Positions 32,154 through 45,432 are shown, counted from the stretch's first letter. The stretch is DNA of 64,000 nucleotides from Eledone cirrhosa (GCA_964016885.1 OZ024747.1:20770001-20834000); one strand, 5' to 3'. The notes: generated by a model from the letters alone, not told the origin. Numbers and translations: made by a program.

Positions 32154-32504
32154 TACCATACGTTTCTTGCAAAGAAGTCTTGTTGGGTAGTAACTCGAGC
32201 CTAGGTTTCTGACTGGTTGTGTTGGAAGGTTTGGGGATATTCTCTCTGGCTGAAGCAACCTTGGGATCAGCTGGCGACTATTTCTTTGCATGCTGCTTCT
32301 TCGGCGATATTTGTGGTTCTGCAGCCATTTTGTTAGATGTCACCAGATACAACCAATTAATGCTCACAAACGCATACATAACCACTTATACATAAACCTT
32401 TTTTCCCTTAAGTGACCTTTGATATGAAACGTCATATTAAATGATATGAGCACAAACGCAGATTTATTTGCCATTCTGAAATATTCTAAAGTATGTGTGT
32501 GTGT

Positions 32505-32626
32505 GGATCCATTAATCCTGGTGGGGGTCGTAGGGATGCCGTGTTGACGTAAGGTGTTTCTTGGGCATTTTAAACCTGGTGGAGCTCATCCCTTCTCCAG
32601 GTCGGATCACAGCCGATTTCTTCCAG
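32505..32626 (-). repeat. Short interspersed repeat; relatives at 5680-5800, 16379-16470, 34835-34915 and 35106-35415
   Basis: Consensus ctggaagaaatcggctgtg...ctggagaagggatg...ggtttaaaatgcccaag. Confidence 0.6.
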
Positions 32627-32653
32627 AAAAAAAGGAGAGAGAACTTGTGTGTG

Positions 32654-32731
<78 letters not shown>

Positions 32732-33099
32732 GTGCGTTGTATAGTCCGTGTAGATGCGCATAGTTCCGGGCAATGCTACATAAATGAGGAATAGAAGAGA
32801 AGTTAGACGTTAGATCAGAGGAGAAAGCTATAGAGAGCTAATAGGCGGAAATAATTGGGACAATTAAGGGTGATAAAACTTGTTTAAAGGGTAAAGGTTT
32901 GTTGGTTTAGGATAGGGGAGAGGTGCAGATAAGGAAGTGTGTGTGTGAGTTACTGTTAGAATTTAATATAGAATCAAAATTGGAATTAGAATCAGGATTG
33001 GTGTATTTACGGTGAACGAGAACACGACTACAATCTGTGATCGTTTTTGCTGACTAAGTGTAAATTGATTGATAGTGAATGTTTTCGAATCTAAAATCC

Positions 33100-33410
33100 C
33101 CTTCAGATTCGGTCGTTAATGTTTGGCAAATCCTTTATCCTTCAGAGTGTTTCCATGTATCCAGAACACTCCGACGGTTCAGTCTCGGTTCTCACTTCCA
33201 TAATGAAATGCGGCAGCAGTTCTCCTTGTAATGTTTCTCCCACGTCCTTGTCTCTGCTGGAACACTAGGTTCGTGGTGTTACCTGTCGGATACCTTCTTG
33301 CACATTGTGGTGAAATTGTGGTTTCGTGGAACTGATGTAATTGACCCGGAATGAACTGTCAGCTCACAAACTACATAGTTTCTTGGGCATGTTGGCTTTG
33401 CTCATACGAC
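33100..33410 (-). pseudogene. Highly degraded GIY-YIG remnant
   Basis: Frameshifted RNYVVCEL / NYISSTKPQFHHNVQE / ETL*RIKDLPNINDR resemble VVYxxxC..YIGST.R..H.R..EH..E...P.IN. Confidence 0.4.
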
Positions 33411-33556
33411 ATTACAGTTTTCGGGAAACCAAATATATAGTATATGTGTGACTGTCTGCATATTTATATATATTTAAATATGCTTGCCTGTGTGTGTATG
33501 TGTGTGTCTGTGTGTGTGCGCGCCCCCGTGTGTGTGTGAATGTATAAATACATAAA

Positions 33557-33607
<51 letters not shown>

Positions 33608-35157
33608 AACATAAGAAACGGTGACAATATCTGTACATTTTGTATCGAGTTCTATACTTTCAATCAGGATTAACTTTTTCCATATAACTTAAGAGCTTAC
33701 AATTCTGTGTATATATATATATATGTATGTATGTATGTGTGTGTGTATGTATGTGTGTGTGTATCTATGTGTGTGTATGTGTATGTATGTATGTATGTAT
33801 GTATGTATGTATGTATGTATGTATGTATGTATGTATGTATGTAGGCAAACCAATATTCGATTAACGAAAATAAAATGTTCAACATTTTCTTTTTATCTCG
33901 CTATTACTATCTTCTATATCAGAAGAAAGCAAAACATTTCTTTTGGAGAAAAATTCTTAATTATTGAAAGAAATGCACACTTATTTGCAGTAGACCCATA
34001 ATGCCTTTGCATATATAGAAAAAGTTCTCTGAACAAAATTATATGTAATTTTATCAAATAAACATAATTTCTTTACTTTATGCAACAATATTCACAAATC
34101 AATAAAACTTAAAAGTGGTGGCACAACTGATTCTGTCAGATATTTCATTTATATATATTTCATTTATATATATTTTATTTATTTCATAAGCTGACTATTT
34201 CGCCTTCTTATGAACCTCTAATTCCTCACAAATTCGTTGAAAAGTTGGACTGTTTTCTGGAAGTAACTTTGAAAGTATGGCTTAATTTTACCTTTACTTA
34301 TAAATGAAAGTCATAATAGATTGACTGCTTCCATTCCTTCTTACCAACCTCTAATTCTTCCCAATGGCAATTCAACTCTTTCATTCTACCATTACAGATA
34401 TTTTAAAACTTCGTTGACTGTTTGATTGTTTTCCGAAAGTTAATCTGAAATTATAGGTTATTTCGCTAAACATTTTGATATAAGATCAACCTTGTTTGAA
34501 AGTGGTTGTTGCGGAGGCGCTTTTTGTTATATTATGCATATACTTTCGATTGTAGAAACTACTTCAGTTTCATAGTTGAGGATATTGATATTAGCTGAAT
34601 GACATTTGGGCCACATAATGTGCCACTTTTACTAGGTTATTGCAATAGGCGCCGAATTGGGAAAGTCATTAGAACGTCGGATAGAATGCTCTGCAGTATT
34701 TGTTTCGGCTCTCTAAGCTCTGAGTTGAGATCAGGCCAATGTTGGAAAAAAGGACCAATGTCGTACTGAAGTAGATTCTTCATGCATATCTTCTTCTCTC
34801 CCTCACCCTTTCTCTCTCTTTCTCTCGCCCCTTCTCTGGAAGAAGATAGTTGTGCTCAGAACTGGAGAGGAGATGATCTCCTCTCTGTTTAAAATGCCCA
34901 AGACGCGCTATGACTTCATCAGTAATGGCGTTAGCACGTTGGATGGAATGCTTTGCGGTAATCGTTCTAGTAATCTGCGTTCTGAGTTCAAAATCCATCC
35001 TTTCGAAGCTGCTAGAAAAAAAGTACTAGTTTAGTACTGGGTTCGAATATATCTCTATATCGCCTTCTTATTTCCTCTCTCTCGTGATATCTCTCCTTCT
35101 CCTTCTCTGGTAGAAATCGACTGTGTTGAAAAGGAATGAGCACCGCTAAGTTTAAAG

Positions 35158-35364
35158 CAGGCATGTCAAACATGAGGCCCGAGGGCCACATGTGGTTCTT
35201 TAGAAGCACACCTGCGGCCCGCACAAAGGTTTTTACAGCGCGAGCGTAATATGTAATAAAAAATATTATTTGTAATGTGCGCAATTAGTTGTTATGTGTT
35301 GCCCTCAGACAACACATATGTGACCCATGTGGCCCTCGGGGCGACCCTCAGTTTGACATGCCTG
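35158..35364. mobile_element. hAT-type MITE with 8-bp TSD
   Basis: TIR caggcatgtcaaac / gtttgacatgcctg; TSD gtttaaag at 35150-35157 and 35365-35372. Confidence 0.9.
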
Positions 35365-36210
35365 GTTTAAAGTATCTATGGTTTAACTATGAATCTATCA
35401 GGAGTTATGGGTTCGTACATACATACAAGTACTTGATAGTTATTTTTTACTCCTGAATCATTGAGGCACAACATTAACTATGTAGCGGTTTGAACACACT
35501 AAAGGTAGAGAGATAGCTATGATAATCTGCCATTGACTTTGTCAGATACACAATGAATGTTCTACTAACAACATCAACAAAACGACAGCAAAGCGACAGC
35601 AACATCTACAACAAAACGACAGCAAAACGACAGCAAAACGACAGCAACAACAACAAAACGACATCAAAACGACAGCAACAACAACAACAACAACTAAATG
35701 ATAGCAACAGCAATAACCACGCACCAGCAACAACAAAAGGACATCAACTATGACAAGCAAGAGTTTCATAAATTATAATCACAAATACAATGTCAGCAAC
35801 TAGAACAACAACAAAGACAGGAATAATAAAACAACATCTATATCGAGAAAAGACCTCATTAACAACGACCTTAACAACCCCAAATACAACTTTAAAATTC
35901 AAAACAACAAATAACGAAAATAACATCAATAATAACTCTATTGTCATTAGAAATAATGGTAAAAATTTATTTGTTAAATTACTTATAAAGTCTTCAGATA
36001 TTATTGTAATAGTAGAATTGAACTTGGTCCATTGTATATAAGTGTGCGTGTACGGATTTCTGCATCTATATATACATATATAGATGCAGTTTCCTGTAAA
36101 TAATGTGCTCAAAGGAGAGGAAATCCTGGGCACTTTATATATATATATATATATATATATACATTTAGATACGCGATTGTACACACACACATATGTATCT
36201 ACATATAGAT

Positions 36211-36296
<86 letters not shown>

Positions 36297-36493
36297 CACC
36301 TACAGAAATATGCCCAAATGTATATATATATATATATATAACGAAGGAGATGTGGTAAGGAAACAGGTGGACCATAACACACCGAAGTACTCAATACTTA
36401 GAGTAGTAGAGTGGGTAATAGGAACGAGTAGGACAGTCAAGTTTGCAATTTTCAACAGTTGAAAATTGCAAACTTGACTCTCACCACGTATTA

Positions 36494-36532
36494 TGAACCT
36501 GAAGATTGCGAAAGCATGAAAGTACTTGTTCA
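36494..36532 (+). ncRNA. Minimal type-I hammerhead
   Basis: ugaac CUGAAGA u ugc-gaaa-gca u GAAA guac UU guuca. 5-bp stem I, GNRA-capped stem II, palindromic AGUACU stem III. Confidence 0.75.
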
Positions 36533-36696
36533 ATTAACACTTAGAATTGATTATTCTATCATACTATTTCATTATAATACCATTATAAATGTTAAAGGAT
36601 TGTAAATAAAACGAGTAAATCAGACAAAGTTGGAATTCCTCTTATTAATATAATCTTCTATACACAATCATACACACCCGTGTATATTTATCTATC

Positions 36697-36728
<32 letters not shown>

Positions 36729-36992
36729 ACGGCGATGAATTAGTTTTGCGAGGTTTTTTATATGAAATCGTGTGTCGAAACAAATATTGTTATACTTGGG
36801 GAGGGTCATATTTGTGTAATATTGCCAGAATTAATAACAGAACACACTCACTGTTTGGTTGGTTTTCGCTTTTCGCTTCTATGTCTTTTATATCGGTAAT
36901 CTAATTTATTCGGTCCTCAATGTTGCCATTGACTGACCAACGGTCAAAAATAATACAGATACAATATAGACACAAACATATATATACAGTTT

Positions 36993-37034
36993 ATCAAAGT
37001 TCTTTCGTTGCACATCTGCAACATCGTCAGTGGT
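36993..37034 (-). ncRNA. Minimal type-I hammerhead in the 3' region of the PLE
   Basis: acca CUGACGA u guugca-gaug-ugcaac GAAA gaac UU ugau. Perfect 6-bp stem II; stem I has one mismatch. Confidence 0.65.
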
Positions 37035-37310
37035 GCTATAGATTCCTCCCGTTGCATTGTATTTCTACGCCATCTTTATTTAGTCTGTTTATATATTTAT
37101 TTATTTATTTGTTTGTTTGTTTATTTTATTTTGTCTTCTTTGCGCATGCGTTTGCGTGTGTGTATAGTGTTTTGTTTGATGTGTGTTCGTGATTGGGTGA
37201 CTGTGTATTGGCTAATGTGTTCTATGTTTACTAGTGTGTGTTTATATGTGTTTGTTGTTATTGTGGTTGTGTATGTATTTATTTATTTATTTATTTATTT
37301 ATCTATTTAT

Positions 37311-37657
37311 TTATACTTCTCTTAGGTCAGTGTTGTTTGTTTGTGTGTTGTTGTTATTCCATTCATTCTTTCTGTTTAGTCTTGGCCTTCTAAGTTCTAT
37401 TTCACTGGCCTCTCTGATTTGCCTATCTGCTGGGTCATTTCTATGTTTAGATATTATTCTAATTTCTATGTTGTCTATGTTACCGTCGTGTTGTTGTGTG
37501 GCATGTTCGTATAGTACTGACCCGTTTTTCGTCCTTTTAGTTCCCCCCAGTGTTGGTCTATCCTTTCACCTATGCTACGAGCTGTTTCGCCTATGTATGT
37601 TGTTGTCATGTTTCTGCAAGTACCCTCTGTACATCTTATGTTATAGACCGGTATACT
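37311..37657 (-). pseudogene. GIY-YIG endonuclease C-terminus of a Penelope-like element (inverted arm)
   Basis: Minus strand reads PVYNIRC...TYIGETARSIGERIDQH, then after a frameshift near 37525 GSVLYEHATQQHDGNIDNIEIRIISKHRNDPADRQIREASEIELRRPRLNRKNEW, with stop at 37311-37313. Confidence 0.85.
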
Positions 37658-38665
37658 AAGAGACAGAGCAGACCAGAGGCCCAACAACTTGGGAGGAAAC
37701 CTGTAGAAGGCTTGGTTAGCCTCAAGCAGCGCACAAGGGATGGTGAGGTAGTATGTCTACCCACGGATAAGTCGGGTAGGATGTCAATAGATAGCATGCC
37801 GAACTACATCAAGGCTATGCAACCCCACATCACCAACACGAGCGAAATTGCACAGCAAACACATGATGGGAGAGAGAAAATCCTCAACGCTCACATGATG
37901 ATGTGGACTGACATCCTAAAGCCAAGCAGACGCACTGCCAACAACTTCCAGGCGTCTAACAATGGCATACCACCCTTGTATGGGCTCCGCAAAGACCACA
38001 AGACAGTCGACGACCCGACAACAGGACCACCAACAAGACCCGTATGCGGAGCTAATATAGCTAGCAACTACAGGATCTCCTACTTCCTCTCAATGGTTAT
38101 ACGCCCCATAATCAAGATGTCTCCAGATGTATGTGACAGTACAGAGGACCTCCTCAGCAGAATCAGTGAGTTCAACAACAACAAAAACAGGAACCTATCC
38201 AACTGCATAATAGGCAGCATGGATGTGGTATCACTGTACCCATCCATTAACATTGATTTTGCTGTGAAAAAATGTGTGGAGATGATCATTGAGAGTGAGG
38301 TGGAGTTCTGCGACGTAGACACAGATGAACTGGGCCTCCTACTTAGACTTACCTACGACACTGACTACCTAGACAGCTATGACCTTAGACGTTTCTGCCC
38401 TAGTAGACCCATAAGAGGTAGACCCTCCACCATAACCTCCATGGCAAAAGACTCCCATGGAAAGGTGGATTGGGTGGACCAAAGCTATACGGACCCCCCC
38501 CCCAAAAAAAAAACAATGATCAGGTAAGAAAAATGGTCGCACATGCAATAGGGGCTAGTATCAAAACTACCCTAAAGGGCCACACATTCAAGTTCAACGA
38601 GAAGATCTACACCCAAAATGAGGGAGCAGCCATTGGCGTCAGCATAGCTGGTGATGTTGCCAACC
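37657..38665 (+). pseudogene. Penelope-like element reverse transcriptase, truncated and frameshifted
   Basis: ORF 37550..38527 contains PTDKSGR, PPLYGLRKDHK, PTRPVCGA, DSTEDLL and GSMDVVSLYPSI. After a frameshift in the C/A run near 38493-38513 it continues FKFNEKIYTQNEGAAIGVSIAGDVANL. These are PLE RT motifs. It is cut at (CT)n before the catalytic DD motif. Confidence 0.9.
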
Positions 38666-39869
38666 TCTCTCTCTCTATATATCTGTTAGAACACGAAAAG
38701 TGTGAAACACAGAATGTTCACTTTTCGTGTTCTAACATATATGCCTAGCTTCTTTAAAAATTTTTCGGGGATAGCCGTGGTGGTGATCGTATGTCATTGG
38801 CTAATTTTCAACCAATCAGAGTACCTCTCTCTATATCTCTTCCACTGTTACTTACGCCTGTTTCTCTCTATCTGTTCCGTCTCTATTTATATCTCTTACT
38901 CTTTCGCTTTGCACTCCTCCCCTTCAATACCATCTCTCCCCCTCTCTATATATTTGTTACTCTATCGCTGCACGCTCCTCTCCTTCAATATATCAATTAC
39001 ACACGCTTTACACTCCTTTATCCCCAGCGCCCCTATATATACACCCCCTCTCCCGCATCTATATTTTAATGTACCGTTGCACCGTGAATACATGTGTCTA
39101 TATATATATATACATATATATTGTATATACACATTCATGTATGTGTATACACACTCATGTATGTATATACACTGGTTTTATGTGTGTATTGTAAATTTGT
39201 ACTGTTAAAACACGAAACTAACATTCGATTGACACTTTGATTACCTGTACAGGCAATAGTTATTAGAATGCTGTTGAAGTGTGTATATATTTTTGGGGGA
39301 CATCCTGTATATACACACATTATATATAATACAATAAACAGATAAATACACACATATATATATGAGCTTATTTAATTATAAATATTGTGAATTTTTAACT
39401 CAGTTCAATTATATATATAAATGGCTTCTACAGGACTAGAACTGTTTCATTCGAAAGAAATCATCATAATATTGAGAGGGGGGACTAGATAAAATATTTC
39501 AAATCAAATGTGTATAAGTTATAAGTTAAAATGTATAAATAGAGACGATAGTGGAGGTATATCTGTTTAGTGGAACAGTAGACGATAGAATTAAATACAG
39601 ACGATAATCTCCCTTTAATGAAACAGCAGACGATAGAATTAAGGCAATTTAAATTTTAAGCATTTGCATTTTTGCCTTTCATCGTTACGGGGTCGATAAA
39701 ATAAAGTACCAGTAATACACTGTCACTAGACGACTTTCAAATTGAATTGTTGGTTCCATTTCTTTAGTATTTTCAATTGTAGTTATCTACTTAAAAAGCG
39801 TTACACGGTTAGAGACATAATTCGTAAGTTATATCTTCCCTATTAAACCATTGCATTATTTCGCCTACA

Positions 39870-40055
39870 GGGCGGTGAATTGGCAGTATCGGTAGAGGGT
39901 TGGACGCCATGCTTTCTAGCATAGTTACGTCCCTTTACAGTCTGAGTTCAAATCCCGCCGAGGTTAACTTTGCCTTTCATCCTTACGGGGTCGATAAAAT
40001 AAAGTACCAGTAATGTACTGGGTAATTTGCTGGCCTTGTGCCTAAAGTAGAAACA
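39870..40055 (+). mobile_element. Full-length tRNA-derived SINE (family A) with 15-bp TSD
   Basis: B box gagttcaaatcc, body ttgcctttcatccttacggggtcgataaaataaagtacc, TSD attatttcgcctaca at 39855-39869 and 40056-40070. Confidence 0.92.
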
Positions 40056-40283
40056 ATTATTTCGCCTACAATAGAACAAAAATGAAATGTTCTTTAAAGA
40101 AACAGGAATATAACTTTATAAAAAAAAAAGTTGCATCCGCTTCTTTTATCATTGATAATTTTTTCGTTTTAATATTAATTGTTTTTTGCAGTTGTTTATA
40201 TTAAAAATCTTACTGTAATATTTACTTAAACGAAGGCAAACATCTAAACTTATAGATTAATCTTGAGCGAAGGACTAGATAAA

Positions 40284-40326
<43 letters not shown>

Positions 40327-40719
40327 GAAGAATGATAAAATTTCAAGCAAAGAGTTTAATTAGGTATATTTTGTAATATTATTAACTAATTATTATAATT
40401 AACGCGCATATTTTGCTATCCTCAAACACGTTTACACATGGCATGAAATATAACTAATCCGAGATGGCTAGGTTTCATCTTCTAACTGGATAAACGAAAT
40501 CCATTATGTCTTGACAACAACATGAGGTAACATTATGTTATTCACAGACACACTTTGTACACTGTTCCATATCAGAATGTATTTCCTTCGTCACATTCAC
40601 AAACAGTATTGAAAATATGTTCTTCGGCAAATAAAAATGTTTTGTTCATAATATTTCAACTAGCGATTGCTCTACTTCACGCACGACCACCATAAATTAA
40701 TGACCAGCTCAACACAAGT

Positions 40720-40885
40720 ATTGGTAGAGCGTCAGACACCATGCTTTGCAGTATTGTTATGGTCCTTTGCATTCTAAGTTCAAATCCTGCCGAGGTTAAC
40801 TTCGACTTTCATACTTACTAATTCGATAAAATAAAGTACCAGTAATGGACTGCCGTAATGGATTTGTGCCGAAAAATAGAAACAC
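40720..40885 (+). mobile_element. SINE family A, diverged
   Basis: gttcaaatcctgccgaggttaacttcg...gataaaataaagtaccag. Confidence 0.75.
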
Positions 40886-41440
40886 TATTAATGTGCAATA
40901 AGAGCAAAATATAACGACATTGCTCAATTATTTTATCTAATGTTGTAATAACACAAGGAAATGTTGTTTGTGTATTTTTTTTTATATTTGCTCATAGGCT
41001 TTTACAATTTCGCTCAGCCAACAACTATTAAAAAGTGAGTTGCTTAAGATAACAATTTAATCACAAATTGTTGCTATCTTTTAATACACTCCAACAAGTC
41101 ATCAAATTATGTACAATAAAAACAAATCTTATTAATTTGCTCAGGGAATATAAAGAAAATGTATATACACTGATAATTGCAAATGTATGTAAATATTTTG
41201 TTTTTGTATTGTATATTTTATGTTTTCTATTATGTATAATATATTGATTTAATATTGATTGTTTTTTGTAGTTGTTTATATTAAAAGTCTGAAAATATTT
41301 TTATACATCTTACACTAATATTTATAAGATAATTTATAATAACAATTACATAATCTAATTACATTACAACGATAATTTATTATTAATATATATCCTGTTT
41401 AACTAGAGTTATTACAAGCGTTGCCTTAAAAAAATATTAA

Positions 41441-42397
41441 ACTAGACATGAAAAATGCGCAAGCTCAAAAGTGCCACAGAATGTTATAATAAACCTTCAA
41501 AAGTGTGGGACTAGAGTTGTTGCTAAAAAATATTGTAATCATTATATATCGTACATTCTGTGGCATCCTTTATAAAAATAGCTTAAACCAACGAAGCCTT
41601 TATTTTTACGCTATTTCACTTAGTTAATTCTTAGAGTGTAACATATAAAAATAAATACATCTATGTTTAATGTAATAACAGCTATAAATAATTACGTAAT
41701 ATTATTATCATATACTCATAGTAACAAAATAATTGTGTTGAAACTTAATATGATGCTTATATGAACGATCAAATCTATAATGATAATTTCTTAAATATAC
41801 TAATAGTAAAATAATTTAGTTATCTATTGTTACATTTTCATAGAACTATAATATTAACAATCGTATTGCATTATCAAATTTTTATCACTACAAACTTTCA
41901 TATTGGAATTACCTTAAGCCACTTATTATTACTTCGCTTTCGTACTTTTACAGCTGTAGATATTGCGCTGTATCTTATATCTAATATCAATATCTCGTGG
42001 TAATTTGCATGAAGTGTAAAATAGGTTTATTAATAACTTTAATATGAAATGTATTATACAGGGCTGCGGAGTCGGTCAAAAATTAACTGGCTCCAACTCA
42101 GGATCCGATACTCCATTATTTCCTAAATTTCAGCTCCGCAGCTCTGTTATTATATTAATTAATTTATTTTATAGTTGTAAATCATATTTTTATATGTTAC
42201 ACTCTAAGAATTAACTAAGTGAAATAGCGTAAAAATAAAGGCTTCGTTGGTTTAAGCTATTTTTATAAAGGATGCCACAGAATGTACGATATATAATGAT
42301 TACAATATTTTTTAGCAACAACTCTAGTCCCACACTTTTGAAGGTTTATTATAACATTCTGTGGCACTTTTGAGCTTGCGCATTTTTCATGTCTAGT
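41441..42397. repeat. 213-bp inverted repeat with 531-bp spacer
   Basis: 41441-41653 is the reverse complement of 42185-42397. Confidence 0.9.
42059..42146. mobile_element. 88-bp hAT-type MITE
   Basis: TIR cagggctgcggag / ctccgcagctctg; flanks gtattata and ttattata (7/8 match). Confidence 0.7.
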
Positions 42398-42406
42398 ATA
42401 TATATG

Positions 42407-42477
<71 letters not shown>

Positions 42478-42500
42478 GTATATATATATACATATATATA

Positions 42501-42900
42501 TAAAATACAATATGTTGAAAAGGTAACACACCAGAGAGAGATATATAGTGTGTTATCAATAATACAGGGAAAAACCACCAGTGTATGGATCTATAACCTA
42601 TGAAAGGCAGACTATAGACACGATAATTAAAAATATAAATTAAAGCGTATATAAATACCTCTATAACTATCGCTTTAATTTATATTTTTAATTATTGTGT
42701 CTATAGTCTGCCTTTCATAGGTTATAGATTCCATACACTGGTGGTTTTTTCCCTGTATTATTGATAACACACTATATATCTCTCTCTGGTGTGTTACCTT
42801 TTCAACATATTGTATTTTAAAGAGCTCAGGATCTCTTCTTCTTTGAGCACATTATTTACAGGGAATAGCGAGGGCCTATGCCTCCGTTAATTTATCGTGA
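42501..42900. repeat. Fold-back element in (TA)n: about 147-bp arms, 23-bp spacer and a unique tail
   Basis: 42501-42647 versus 42671-42819; tail to 42900, then (TA)n. Confidence 0.88.
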
Positions 42901-43520
42901 TATATATATATATATATATGAATAAAGTGGTCCTTCATCAGTGATCTTTCAACCATCACAGGTATTCCTTCGCTTTAAAGACCATATACCTCCGGTTGGT
43001 GTGAGCAGCGGCTAAAAAAAGTCGTTGGGACACGTAAATAAAGGGAACAGCGAGAGTGTAAACAAACAAAGATGGTGAAGCAACGAAAAGTGAGGAAGAA
43101 CGAGTCAAGTCCAAAATTTCCATGAATATAAGTTCGGTGAAATCGTGAACGAGAGAGAATAAAGACCATCAAACCTGGTTGGAATGTGAGCAAGGAAGGA
43201 ATTCCGTACAGGTATAACTGGAGGAAGAAGGAATCTAGTCTGTGAATTCGGTGAACATAAGTTCTGTGAAATCGTAGACGAGAGAGAGAAAAAAGGCGAA
43301 CCAGCCTGACCAAGCGTGCGAAAGAAAAGAATTACGCACAGGGCAAACGGGAAGAAGGAGGAGGAGGAGAGGTAGTAACAGAGAGTGAGTGAGTGAAGGG
43401 TGAGGAAGAGGCTAACAGAGAGAGTGACTGTTAGAGAGGGTAAAGATACAGAGAAAGAGTAAGCAGTAAGAACGAAATAGACGGGTCACAGCGGGGGAAA
43501 AAATATGTGTAAATATGAGA

Positions 43521-43603
<83 letters not shown>

Positions 43604-44248
43604 GGTGTGTGTGTGTATATATATATATATGAAAATGATGTTCTTGATAACTAACAACTGACGTTACTATAGAAGGAAACCAGTGCATAATGGAGAGATA
43701 AATACATATTTATGTAAACAAATGACTGTGACTTCGAAGACGATGTTACCGAATCGTCATATATATTTGTACATATATATATATGTGTCTGTGTGTGTGT
43801 TTGTGAGTGTTTGTGTGTGTTTGTGTCTGTGTGTGTGTGCAGATGTTAGATATGTTTGTGCGGGTGTATCATCTATATATGTTGTGTAGGTGGTATCTTG
43901 CTATTTTTGCTACTGAAATGTGATTGCCTACGTAAGATGATGTGTCGTAAAAAGTGTATGTCATGCGATATAAAATAGGCAGCGTGTCAAATGCATTCTA
44001 CATGATATGTATGTTGAAATATAGATACGTAATTTGAATGTTTATGTTGAAGTGTCAGTCTTCGAATACGTGATATAAAGATGTTTAATGTAGGAGTTTA
44101 TTTAGAACGAAGTTTGGCAAGTGCACACCAGTGTCACTGCTAACCTCTTAACGAATTCAGTTCTGGTATTTAAGCTGTTACCAGTGTTTTCTGGTTTGTT
44201 TGTTGTTTTTTTTTTTTATTTTGTCCAAGAGCTCGTCACATGATGGGC

Positions 44249-44299
44249 ATCTCCATTAACATCCTCCGGGGAAACGCCTTCTCCATTCTGTCTGCCGGG
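44249..44299 (+). pseudogene. CRE-like (RLE) retrotransposon C-terminal remnant
   Basis: ISINILRGNAFSILSAG resembles the LSVAIQRGNAxxILG terminal motif. Confidence 0.45.
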
Positions 44300-44926
44300 G
44301 CGGTGGAGCGGCCAGTACGTCGTGTGTGTCACCACATTTGCCCATGATACAGTGAGATGGGGAGAGCGAGAGAGATGGAGGTGATGACAGTGGGAGTTCG
44401 GCTCTTCCGTGTTCGGACCGGGTGTGCAGCGTCAGTTGCCCGTAGGGATGTAGTGGTTTGTACTTAGCGAAGATTTTTAGAACCTTGTTTGGGTTCAGGG
44501 CTATTACTCGAGTAGTCTAATTCCGTTGGGATTCGCTTAGCCTTTCACACTCATAAGGATCGCGAAATATGGACTAATAATATATTGACAAACGATTTAA
44601 TTATACAAAAGCTGTTTTTGTGTTCAATCAAAAGTCATCATTCCTTTCTTGATTATTTATTCTGGGCACGTGCCTAAGTTATAAAACATGTACCTTTGAA
44701 ATCATTTTGTTTACAGATATATCTGGCTAATATCAATGATGACCGTTTGTCAATAGATCTGAAGGATGTGTCACGGGTAGAAAAAACACATTTCTAGAAT
44801 TGAACCCGACTCAAACCGAATCTAGATAATACTGATCCTCGAGTGTTGGTGTGATATGGTTGAGTTGACATTGGATTTATACACGTCCGATTACGTGTGT
44901 GTGTGTTTGTGAGTATGTATCTATGC

Positions 44927-45000
<74 letters not shown>

Positions 45001-45005
<5 letters not shown>

Positions 45006-45232
45006 TAACAGATTAAAGTTTAAGCAAAGAATCGCTGCTTTCACCCTTAACGGGAGTTTCAGAAGATCCCGTTAAGGGTGAAAGCAGCGATTCTTTGCTT
45101 AAACTTTAATCTGTTAATTTAATAAATATTTGCTCTACGGTTCTTATATATTTGATATATATTTATCCTTATCGAGCCCTCTTTGGATTTTAGTCTTCAA
45201 ATTTATTATTATTACTATTATTATTATTATTA
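45001..45232 (+). mobile_element. Fold-back element in (TA)n; relatives at 17071-17190, 15062-15135 and 12716-12770
   Basis: Arms 45006-45055 and 45067-45116. Its tail (aataaatatttgctctacgg...gattttagtcttca) is shared with 17092-17170. Confidence 0.75.
45055..45105 (+). ncRNA. Hammerhead-like fold with CAGAAGA core; family copies at 12716-12766 (+) and 15081-15131 (-)
   Basis: aguuu CAGAAGA u ccc-guuaa-ggg u GAAA gca-gcgauucuu-ugc UU aaacu. Confidence 0.55.
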
Positions 45233-45381
45233 CTATATATATATATATATATTGGGTATACAAGGATACAATTCACTTCTAGCACTCAACGTCATATTAC
45301 TTCCTAAAAACAGGGATGACGGAGTATATTAATAAAGAGGAAAATGCGAAATTGAAGATGTTAGAGTCCTTTATTAATTGA

Positions 45382-45432
45382 GCCGTTATATATATTTCAA
45401 TGACGATAGATATCGTGATTTCTTCACACAGC
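45382..45432 (-). ncRNA. Type-I hammerhead-like fold (C3G in this copy)
   Basis: gcugu GUGAAGA aau c acgau-aucu-aucgu c auu GAAA uauaua UA acggc. Confidence 0.6.

Noticed and set aside
37311-38665. Selenocysteine-encoding PLE
   Set aside because: No in-frame TGA in the recovered RT or GIY-YIG segments and no SECIS identified.
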